Below, piece after piece: positions 1 through 12,000 of a stretch of DNA of 64,000 nt (its first letter is position 1; each line of letters starts with the position of its first letter). The position numbers and the translations under genes were made by a program. This stretch comes from a candidate division FCPU426 bacterium (GTDB lineage Bacteria > Oederibacteriota > JAAXVQ01 > JAUVAV01): the NCBI GenBank assembly GCA_030591525.1, contig JAUVAV010000003.1, positions 17,582 through 81,581 on the forward strand, given 5' to 3'. The notes beneath the pieces were generated by a model. That model was not told the DNA's origin, made no database searches, and was given only the letters and a program-made list of their open reading frames with translations.

Positions 1-2
1 TA

Positions 3-3000
3 GATTCGGACCAGCTTTTCCAGGAACTGGATCTTCTGGATACAGCCATCCGCCAAAATCTTTATACCAACCAGGCTGAACGCGAACTGGATGAGCTATA
101 CCGCCGCCTGGATGTAATCGAGAAACTCCTGAATATTTCAGCCGCGTCCAAGGATTTAAACGAGTTCCGTGCCCACCGTCCGGACTTTAATGTCCGGGTT
201 TTCATGGATTTTATAAAACGCCAGGATACAACGGGTGAGTATCTCCTGGATCCCGCGGTGTATAGGCTGGATGAATACCTGGAAAGCGTAGAGAAATTTT
301 ATAGGCTCGCAGACGAACGCAGCCAACACTTTGTAGCGAATTTATACCAAAAGATGGAAGCGCGGAATGAAAAACTCGCGCTCATGATTACCGGTGGTTT
401 TCATACCCAGGAAGTATTGCAGGAGATGCAGAACCGGGATATCTCTTATGTTTCTATCACACCTTGCCTGACCCGCCGGGATATTGTTAACCCCTATTTC
501 TCACTCCTGCGAAACAAGCAGATGCCCCTAGAAAAGCTGCTGAGTAAAAACCAGGAAATCATGGCAGTGCAAACTGCGTGCCCTGATCTGCCCGGCATTG
601 AAACCAATCAGGTAGTGCCAATCTCCAGAATAAAGAGTATAACCCAGCGGACTTTTGCCAAGATGCTGGGCTTGCTTTTTAAAAATACTACTGTTGTAAC
701 CCTGCATGCCCAGGGGATTAAAACCGAAGACATTCCGGGAAATCTCGAGGAAATCCTTGGGATTTACCCGGCTAATGATCATACCCTGCGCCTGGATACC
801 GAAGCCTTTCTGAGGGAGAACACGAATATTCTGAACCGGCTGGGAAAACTGCCTTTCCTGGCTATTCCCATGCAGGCCGGCAACGAGGATTTAACCACCA
901 TAGCTTATCCGGAAGACAGCATTGCTCCCAGGCCTGATCTCATGGATCCGGCCATGCAGACCATGGATATTAATGGCTCAAAGTATTATTATTATAATAC
1001 CCGAAATATATCCGATTTGGTCGAACTCCTGGTAAAAAACCAAAAGAGTCCCTCGCTTTTATTTCTTCCGGAAATGAGCTGGTGGAACATGCTCGGGTTT
1101 TGGGGGCAGATAGCGCGACTGGCCTGGGGATTGGCAAAAGAGGGAAGAGTTTTTAAAATGCTCGCATCGGCGAGGGATGCAATAAAGCAAGTGAAATGGG
1201 CGCCAGCAATGAAATCCCTCAAAAATAAACACACTTCTCTAATGGTCCTGCTAATATCATCAACAATAATTCTCGCAGCAAACAAATATGAAACTTTGGA
1301 AGAAAAAATTAAACGGGCTGGGATGGAACCTACTGAGGAATTGATTAATAAGATAAAGCTGGAATTTACTCCGGACGAGGAATTGGAAGTTTTAAAAATT
1401 GCAGGAGAAATTAAGGAATTTATAAATGGGGGGAAGATTAAAGAAATAGGTGGAGAAAAAATAACGGATGAAATAATTATAGAAATCGCAGAATACAGAT
1501 TAAAGATCGAAAAACAAGGTAAAGACATGGGGTTAAATATTTCCGGGTTGGCTACGTATTTAGTGTTTATGTTTCCTCATGCGGGGCAATGTATAGAGGT
1601 TCTGCAATCAGCCAAGGGGATAAAAGATAAATATGGAATTCCAGAAGATGAAGCTTTAAATATCGTTGGTAGATATTCCGAAGCTAAATGGGAGCAAAAG
1701 ATCAAGCAGTGGATGCTACAAAATGCGAAATTTGAGAAAATACAGAAATATTTTCCTGAGGAAGCATTGAAAATCCAAGAAGCGGCTAATGAAATAGTAG
1801 AAAAACACGGATTGCCTTTTCAAAGTGCTCTTGACATTGCCGCCAGAACGCCTGTAGGTAAGCGTGAAAAGATAATTCGGACATTGGAAAGGTGGCAAAG
1901 GGGAACGATTTCCAAAGGCGTACTCCCTATTCCCGAAGAGTTTTTTGTTAAAAAGCTGAAGATTAACGCGTGGTTATACGATAATTATATCGCTCCGCTC
2001 TGGGAAGAGGTGGTCTTTACCGGAGTGCCGATAGTTATTGGCATGCTCTCTCCGCCCTTGTTTGTACCGGCATTCCTGGCCTTCAGGCTAGTGTTTATTC
2101 TGCTGCACTTGTTCGGCGCCCGGGCGCCGGATGGACAAGCTCTGGTGCAGAGTAACTGGCATAAATCCCGGACTGGTATCATGAAAGCTGCCAAAGCAAT
2201 TATCTCCCAATTAGCCCTGCCCACCCTTATCTCCACAGCTGTGATTATTTTAGTCAGCCCCACCCTGACCGGCCTGGCACTGGCAATAGTAATTCATCTT
2301 TTAGTTAATAACCTGCTCCAGCCTTTAATCAACTATGGGTTGGAAAAAGCAGGCACAGAGTTTCGCTTTGGAAAAGGGGCGCTTCCAGAATTGCCAGGGA
2401 TTGGGGATATTTGGAATTTACTATTTGGAAAATCTAAACCAGAGACAGTGGTATCTAAGCCAAGCTACCTAGGTGACCTATCAGAAGAAGAAATAAGCCT
2501 GGGTCCAACTCCGGAAAAAGTAAAGTTCAGCCCTAAAGCTTTTGAGTATCAGGATCCGGCACAGGACTTTCACGGCGTGGATATAGAGCACTTTGTCCGG
2601 GCGCAGGAGAAACTGGCAGCGAAGTCCCTTTCTGAGGAGCAAATTAGTAATATACTAGAACATCTCGGCATGAGCGCAAAAGATATCCAGGGAGAAAATT
2701 TATATGCATGGCTTTACCGGCAGATGGTGGCAGGAGTGAGAGGCTATTATAATAAGAGCATAATAGATACAATAAATGGGAATACATATTCTGATCCGCG
2801 GCTGGGAATTACCATTGCCGGACAGAATGAAGACCCCAAAGCCCAGGGAGTGTACGAGGCGGTTTCCAATGCGCTGGATGCTCTGGGCCTGGATATCGGG
2901 CAGTTTGGCAAGGGAGTAAAGCAGGCTGCGGATTGGCTGGAGTCTACAGGCCAAGACCGGATAGATGTTTATACCCGTTATGGCAGGGGAAATTGTCTGC

Positions 3001-6000
3001 AGCTTACGATTCTTCAAGATAAACAGGGCCAGAATTATATCCAGATAAGAACCACTACGCCTGAGAAGGTTGAAGCAGCTACGGGAAAATCCCTGAAGAA
3101 TAACAACGGGACTGTATTGAAAATAAGCGTGAAAAAGGAGATACCGGCCGAAGAAATCCCGGGCCAGATTTCCCAGGCTGAGATCGCGCAAGGGCTCAAG
3201 AAGAGATTTCCTTTTATAAGATCAGTGGAAATTTGGCTCAAGACTGCTGGCCAAAGTCACGAAAAAATAAACGGCTATAAAAATAAGAGAACTATTATTC
3301 CAGCCGGCCAGGCCGAGGCTGATAAATCCGTGTCTACCCAAGGCCGGAAGATTGAGGTTGAGTTGGATAACAATGAAATTATAGTATCTGACAATGGCAG
3401 CGGCATGGCAGCCGGCACGCTTTCCCGCATGTTCGTTCCCCAGCAGGGAAGCAAGCAGGCTGAACCTCTCAGTGGGCCGGAGGCAGAGTCCGAACTTGTC
3501 AAAGTCCAGGTAGTGCATGATGAAGACATGCCTGATGCCAGTTCCTTTTCACGCAACAAGGAGGTAATAAAGGCCATAGATATTCCTGAGCATATCCAGC
3601 CCCAAGCTGTGGTGCGCGGAGGGCTCATGCTGGAATTCGGCCGGTTACTGGATGTGCCTGAAGAACGAAACCAAATTATTATTCCCACAGGCTTGAAACT
3701 CGGGGAAGCGCTGAATTTCCAAATGGCTGTGAAATATGCTGTGAAGAAAATCATAGCCCATCCGGAACTGAGCGATGCGGACAAGCTTCGGTATATTAAT
3801 ACCATGGTAGTGGGTCTGGAAGAGCTTCCAGGCGGAAATGCGCATTACGAGCAAGCGATAAATGCCCTGCTCTCAGAGATAAAGACGAGCCTGGGTAAGA
3901 CGATAAAACGTCTGAAAAATGAAGGGTATGTAATTTTGCCGCATGACAAGTCCTTTGCCATGCTTAATCCGGGCCGGGAAAAAGTTCTTTATGCTCACGA
4001 AAAAATCTTTGACTGGCAGGGCGCTGTCAGCCTGCAGGAGATAGGAGGAGAGATTATACCGGGGATCAAACTGGGCAAAAACAATCTGCCTCTGGCCATG
4101 GCTCCATTTCGTCCGGACTTGGTTGGGAAAGTCAAGGAGTTTGACAAATCATGGCATACCTGGACGGAAGAAGAACGTCTGCCCGTGCTCGTGACCGATC
4201 GTTTCTACGCCATACCAATGGACCTGGGAGAGAGCCTGAATTACTTGATCCGCAAGCAAGCCTCCCAAGGGCTGACCGAAGAAGAGCAAAAAGACCTGGC
4301 ATCTCTGGCTGAGTGCGTGAAATATTTATTAGCCGAAAAAATACAAACCGACTACGAGGTGGGAGAGATTGAAAAAGATGTAAAAATAGAGATTTCTCCG
4401 GAGATCGAAATAAGCACCGGAAAGATTGATTCTGACGCGATTAATGCTTTTTTAACTGAGCTGCCAATGGAGGCGCAGGATGGTTTTCAAACTAAAGCTC
4501 TCATGGTTGAAAGACCCGCCGATGCTCCCTATAGAGAAGAAGTTTGTAAAACCAAGGATGGAGGATATCAACAAATACTTCCTGGTAGTTCCTTTCTGAA
4601 AAGTGAAATATATACAAGAGTTATCAAATCAAATAAAAGGGACGGGTTCCTTTTTCGGAGATCGGATGGATGGACAGATATGGGTATGGGAGTATTTGAT
4701 CGTCCGATATGGTTTGATGATATTGAATATACTGATCCAGAGGATGCGAGAAACATTATGATTCTCAAAAGCGCAGATGGCAGTAAACATTTAGTAAGCT
4801 TAATGAAAGATGAAGAGATTAAAGCCCAGGAAATACAGGTTTCCGCTTCCGGACGTTATACTGTGCATAAAAACATGGATGGTAATTTAGTATATTATGA
4901 CCATGAGCAAAAGGATTTGAAGGAAAATAAAATCCCGGATAGTTTAACCTCGTCATTAATAATAGAGGAATACCTGGCACACGACTATGCGGATGTTGTG
5001 ATAATAAAAAGCAAGGATGGCATGTATTCATTATTCGGTATGGGGGAAAGGGCATCATATGCTTCCGGGGATATAAAGCATATAGAAATCGACTCCTCCG
5101 GCCAAGTGGCGGTATTCACAGACAGTCGGGGAAGGATCACTGTATTGAATATAAAAACAGCGGAAGTGATATATAAAGATATGACCAAGAGCATAAAAAT
5201 AGCTGCTGATGACATGTATGTCTATATTAATGATGGTTCAGGTAAAATGGGAATGCTCGATAAAAAGACGGGCAAGTTTAGCAAGAAAGAGATGAAAGGG
5301 CTTTTAGATTGGAGCGCAAAATCGAGCATATTAAATTTGCCCCGGTATTGGGAAGAATATGATGGCGATAAGAAAGCAATATTAGAATGGGATGTTAATT
5401 CAGGCGATTTTACAGAAAAGATAAGCCTGAAGGCGGCCTCACCGACTTCTCCTAGAAATACTATAATGCTTCAAAAAGATAAATACTACATATCAATAAA
5501 TAGTACAATAAAGGCAGTACAAATAGAATGTCTGGAGAAAGATACCACCACAATTATGAGTTTTAAAGATGAACATAAAATGATAAAAAGCATGGATTTT
5601 CTGAAAGGGGATGAAGTTATTTACCTGGAAGACGATGATGTTTATGTGGTTGTTAATTTTCAAAGAAAAACGGGAGCGGCAGAATCAGTATTTGAAAATC
5701 TCTACAAAACCGCTGACAATGCGTTTCTAATCGGCACCAATACAAGAACCCTCAAATCTATACTTATAGATTCCAAAGGTCAAGAAACCGATATCAGCAA
5801 GCTGGCTCCGGGCTATGAGCCAGTGGATGTAAATGGCAATTATTTTGTTATGCAGAATTCGGCCGGAGAGGTTTCATACCTGGATCCGCGAAAAATCAGC
5901 GGGCCAACAACAGCGGACCTAACCAAGGACCGAGCTCCGCCTCATCCTGAGGAAATAGCACGAGCAAGGGAGGTATGGGAGAAGGAAGTTCTCAGCCACA

Positions 6001-9000
6001 GAGATGCTTTTATTGCCCAAGCCCGGACCGCGTTTCTGCCCCTGCTGGACTGTCTGGACCGGATTCCCGAGGAATACCAGGGAAAAATCCGAAACAGCAT
6101 TAAAACCGGGATTAAAAAATTATACCAGACACAAGATGCCCAAATCCGCCAAAAATATTCAGCCGCCTTAGCTGGGGAAGCGGAGTTTAACCAGCAGGAC
6201 AATTCCCTGCCTTTCAGCGTATTTGCCAAGAGAACAAATAAGCTCATGACCAGCCTGCCAGAGTTCCTGGAGCAAGTCAAGACCTGGGTGGAGCGGGAAA
6301 ATGATTATTCATGGGGAACGCTTTTTTATCAAAGTATCATGAATAATCTTATTAACCTGGCCAGGGATGATCAGATCAACCTGCCTGAATTTACCAGCGA
6401 TCATTTTCTGATCATGGGACTGGAGTATGATTTGCAAAGTCAAGAAGACCTGCAGTCCCTGGAAACAATGATGAAGTTCAGCCGTTTGCTAATATCTGAG
6501 AACCGCTTTTCCCTGGCAGCCGCGGCCGGGATAATCGGATTTCTCTCTGCAGCCATGAAGAGTGATCCGGAAAAGCGCGGCATAGTGGAAAAACAGATAG
6601 AGAAATTAATGGGATTTGAAAATGAGAATCAAAAAGTACTCTGGTCCTATTTGGAAGAAATGGCAGCCGCTTTCCAGGAAGTAGAGCCAGATATCCTAAT
6701 GCGGTACTCGGAGGATGAAGCCGCATACAGCCAATTGGGTCAAGCCAAAGAATGCGCCTTTTTTCTGACTCATGCCGTGGAAACGGTCAGGCAAAAGAGA
6801 GCATTTATCCCTAAAGGCGAGGATCTCTACAACGCATCTCCGGGAGAGGGAATACAAATATCTCAAATTAAGCAGTTGGAAGAGCAGAGACCAAAGCAAG
6901 GTCCGGACGACATAGTGATGGATATGGATTATCTAGTGGAGAATATCCAGGCGGGAAATCTGCCCGACTCATCCGATGTCCTGGAAAGGTCCATTCTCCG
7001 TGATATTGAGGTACAGCGTGAAGCAGGAGCCTATACGTCTGAGATTACCCAAAATAGTATGGACGCTACCTCGGGCAGAAAGGGAGAATTAGTTATTGAT
7101 TTTTATTGCCAAACCAACAGCCAGGGCCGGGAAGAATACGTGGAAGAGGCCACAGACAACGGTACTGGTGCGCTCCGGGAAGTGGCGCTGCTTATTCCCA
7201 AATCCACCAAGGCTGCAGGACAACAGATTGATCTGGGTGGATTTTTTGGAACTGGCAAATACACGATTTTTGATGGCGTGGATCGTTTGGAGATAATAAC
7301 CAAAAACGCGGAACGCGCTTACATGTTCTCTTTCATTGTGCGGAAAGATAAATCCGGCCAGGCCAGAACCCTGCTTTTAACAGGTATCAAGCAGGTACAG
7401 GATGAGCGGGTCGAACAGGGGGTTACCATCCGGCGCATTAAAAATAAAGAAAATACTATACCTGAGCTGGATCAAATGCTGGCGCAGAGGGCCTGGAAGA
7501 ATTTTGCCGGGCTCTCGCAGTACTTGTCCCAGCATCCGGATTTCCGGATATTCTTTATTGCCCATGAGGGTAAAAAGCAGGCCCTGCCCCTGGCAGAGCC
7601 GGAAATATTGAGCGAGGTGGAGTTCAAAGCGCTTAAACCGGAAAAAGCGGAGAAATCGTCCAGGCTGCGGATAGTAAGCACTGAGGATATACCTCTGCAG
7701 ATTGTGGACCGGGCCGGTTTGGGAGTAGGAAAAATTAAGGAAGATTATCTGGCCCTGGTGCCTTATAGTCTGCGCGGGCATTTCAAGGAACTGGGTATTA
7801 ATATCCAGATACCCCTGCCGCTCATCCGGGGCCGCAGCGCGTTTAAACATGAAAAGGAGTATCTTCCGGAGATTCGGAAATGCGTGGCCATTGGCATATA
7901 CCAGGCTCTGGCCTATAAGACTCTGACTCAAACCTCGCCCCAGTTCGTGTTTGAAGGCTTTCCGCTGGATTGGGAGACTAATGATGATTACTGGAAATCC
8001 ATTGATTTCTCAAAAGACCCGGAAGTGCAAGCGCTGGCCGAAAATATAAATGCCGGGCGCCATGAAAATATTTCCCTTCGTGATTTGGAAAAATTAATAG
8101 TGCCCAAAGGGGAAATGGACAAGGCCAAAAAGCTGGTCAAATTAATGCTCCTGCTTGAAGTGGGGATTGATCCAAAACAGCCGAATAAACGCCGAAGCCT
8201 TATAGGCCGCCGGGTCGCCATCCAGCAGGCCAAGGATAAAGCAGCTAAGGCCAGAGCCGGGGCCGAGGCTGCCCGCCTGGGTGTTTCCCAGGAAAGCATT
8301 CCAGAGCGGGATGAAATCGATAATTATGCAGCCAGAGTAAGGCAGGCAAAGGTTTTAGGAACCGCTAACCAGCAGATAGAACATCTGAAAGACTTTGAAG
8401 TCGAACCGGAAACTGAGCAGGAGCATGAATTGGTAGTACTGGCAGATAGGATGGGCGGATTATTTGGTTTGAAAAAAGTAGTGCTACTGGAAGAAAAATT
8501 TGCAATTCCGGGTTTTTTTAGCGGCAATACTATGTATCTTAATCGAAGCATTGCCCGGCAAATAGCCCGGATTGACCCGCAAGCAGGAGTTATTAATGAT
8601 GAAGCAACGCATATCATAATCCATGAACTGGCGCATTTACTAGAGCATCTGATGTTCTTGAAGATAGGACAACTGGGAAGTAAGGAGGTGTACGTGCCGG
8701 ATTCGGATTTCACGCATGATTCCATAGGCACTTTTGCCTCCTGCGTGAAATACGTGTCAGCAGTAGTTATGGCTAATAGTAAGGCTAAGATTTCGGAAGT
8801 AATAACGGATGCTCCAGCTATGGAAATCGGCAAGGGAGTGCTTCCCGCAGTACGAAAGCTGGCAGTGGAAAAATGGGGGATTAGAGGGGATATTTACGAT
8901 AATTATATCGCCCCGCTTTGGGAAGAGGGGGTCTTTACCGGTGTGCCGATAGTTATTGGGATGCTCTCTCCGCCCTTGTTTGTGCCGGCGTTTCTGGCTT

Positions 9001-12000
9001 TCCGGCTGGTATTTATTGTGCCGCACTTATTCGGTGCCCGGGCGCCGGACGGGGAAGCCCGGGTGCAGAGTAACTGGTATAAGTCCTGGACTGGAATACT
9101 GAGTAAGGCAAAAGAAATAATCTCCCAACTAACCTGGCCCACCATGATATCCATGACTCTGATTTTACTGGTCAGTCCGACCTGGCCCGGACTGGCACTG
9201 GCAATAGTAATTCATCTTTTAGTTAATAACCTGCTCCAGCCTTTAATCAACTATGGGTTGGAAAAAATAGGCACAGAGTTTCGCTTCGGCAAAGGGTTGC
9301 TTTTAACTGGTCGTGGTGTAAGCCAGGGTGGTGATTCTGGATTTCTTTCGGGAATAATAGATGAAGCTAAGAAATATGACGAGAAATCAGAAAATCAAAA
9401 TAATCCTATCCGGATATTTATGGAATTGTCGGGTTTGAAAGAAAGCCATGAAGAACTTGATGACAATCTGGCAGCGTTGTTGGAGGAGTATTTAATTACA
9501 ATATTTAATGTTCAAAATTTTGAAAAAAACACCCTCATCTATGCCAGTAAAATTAAAGAGCTCTTATACCAGCACAGCAGGGACTCTTACGGAATTAACC
9601 AAATTCAAGCCATACTTGTAAGGATGGCGGCCTGGAGAGTGAATTTAGGGAAGATCAATGTTAATGAATTTAAAGGATTTTCTGATCCTGTGAAAACCAA
9701 GGTCTCTTTGGTGCTGCTATCTGCAGCTCTTCCCGGCTTGGGCGATATAAGCAAAATAAACAGTTCTGTCCACGGCTTATACCGGGAATTCTCGCGAAGA
9801 GGTCTGGAGATTAGCATAAAAATTGTTCTCTTTGAAAAAGATAAAAAGAAATCCCGTCATATGATCGATAATCTTAAATCCAAATATCCGGCGCTGGAAT
9901 TTATTAATCTGGAGGAAAGAAGCAATAAAATTGCAGCGGGATCTGAGATAATTAAAAATACGGATATGATTATCTCGCTGGTTAGGCCGGCTGTAGAAGC
10001 AATGGAAATTGATGAAAAGCAGGCAATGCCCCGGGTAGGTATAATATTAGGCGAATATCAAGATCCGCTGAATATAGAGTCGAAAAACCGATCGATGCCG
10101 ATTTACAGAATTATTACCGGTTTTGGCGATAATGCCATGGGGTTTTTTATCAATCCATCTATAGAAAAATTATACCAATCAGTAACTAAGCTGGCCGGAG
10201 CAGAAAGATCCCGGGCCCGGAGAGAAATACTCGAAGCCATGTTAGGGGAGATCGGGTCGGCGGTTGATGGCCGGCAAGAAGTAGTTGCTCCCAAGATTAA
10301 GGACATCATTGCCCAAGCCGAATCCTCGTCCCGCTGGGGCTCAGTATATATGCATGATTTGGGAATGAAATATCTTGAAGCCCTGGATTATTATAATAAC
10401 CGGATTGCCCGGCAGAGAGAGTCATACACTATTTTTACTTCTTTCGGGAAAGAAACCCGGCTTTATTCAGATGAAAATGAATATACAAAATTAATAAAGT
10501 CAGTCAAAGAAAAAAAGTTAGACATAGAATTCATTGATCTTTCTGAAGACGTTAATAAAATAAATAAGGTTGATTTTGATAAAAAGGTTATACGCGTTGT
10601 CAATCTGGGAATGAGGTCTGAGGAGGTGTATAACCGCTTAAAGGCTTTGACTGATCTGCCGCTGGGAACTACGGGAGACGAAAGTCTATTAACCTCACTT
10701 ACTTTGCGGAAACCTTTTTTATATGAAACGGTGGATTGGAAGCTTGACTTTTTTAATGGCTTAATTGAGAGCATATTAAAATTGAAGGCTCCGCAAGATA
10801 AAAAAGACGAAATAGTAAAAATATTAACCGGTTTTACCAGCGGCGCCAATCCTGATGAAATCGCAGCGGTTTTTGATCCGGATTCTCCCTTGAAAGAATT
10901 GTTTGAACAAATGGGGGATTCTGTATCCCAAAACGACCTGTTTCCCATTCTGGGAGACCGGTTGTGGCAGTATCTTCGCGTGGCATTTCATTTCGAGAAA
11001 ATGTTAGAGGATTATCCTTTAGAAGAGAAGCATGAAAATATTCCAGCCGCTGCCCCGGATTCAAGTAGTGCCATAATTGATGCCGAGGAATTGCCGGATT
11101 CAGAAGTTCGGCTGGGCAAGCAATCGGCTTCGGTAATTAAAGCGAAAATTAGGCCGGTCCAGTGGAAAAAAATAGACGATCTTATTGAGTATATTTGGGC
11201 CGAGAATCAAAAAGGAAATTTCCCTGAGGGAATAAATTTATCGGCCTATCCAAAAAAACATGGAACTTTTGCGATTTATTATCTGATTAAAGATATCCGG
11301 GAAAAAATTGGCTATGCAGGAAAAATATCGCCGCGACATTTGTGTCCAAAAATAAATAATATTATAGGTCAACCTAAATATTATAAAAAGGAAATTGTCA
11401 CGCTAGATCGTTTTCTTATACTTGTAGCATTTTTAAATGACAAGCTAAACGCCGAAGAGTTAATAAATTATGGAAATTCGAGCGGAGAAGGATTAGCAAG
11501 ATTAGTGAGAGAAGTCGAAATGCCGGGAAGTATTTACGCGAATATGCAAGGCATCAATATCGGTCATCTTACCGGCTGGCTCAATTCCCCCAGCAAAGTC
11601 GCCGCGATTCTAAGAATCGATCCAGGGCATGCCCAATTGCTCAACTGGAATATGCCTTATATAAATATGACATGGAAGCAGTTTAAAGCGATCACGGCGA
11701 TACTAAAGGAGAAACTGAAGGCCGAAACCCTCGCCGGGTATGGCGATGAAGGCGGGGAAGGATTGGTCGCCCTGTTGGGCGAGATAGAAAGAGGAAAAAA
11801 GGCTTATGCGGATCTGCGGGGCATCAATATCAGCCATCTTACAAGCTTGCTCAATTCCCCAAGCAAAGTCGCCGGAATTCTGGGCATCGATCCATGGCAT
11901 AATCAATTAACCAACTGGAATATGCCGTATGTCAGTATGACGTGGAAGCAATTTCAGGCGATCCAGGCGATACTACATGAGAAACTAAAGGCCAAAACCC

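Noticed and set aside
204-206. ATG at 204 as the start of the giant protein
   Set aside because: The frame is open and protein-like back to nt 3; the real start is outside the window.
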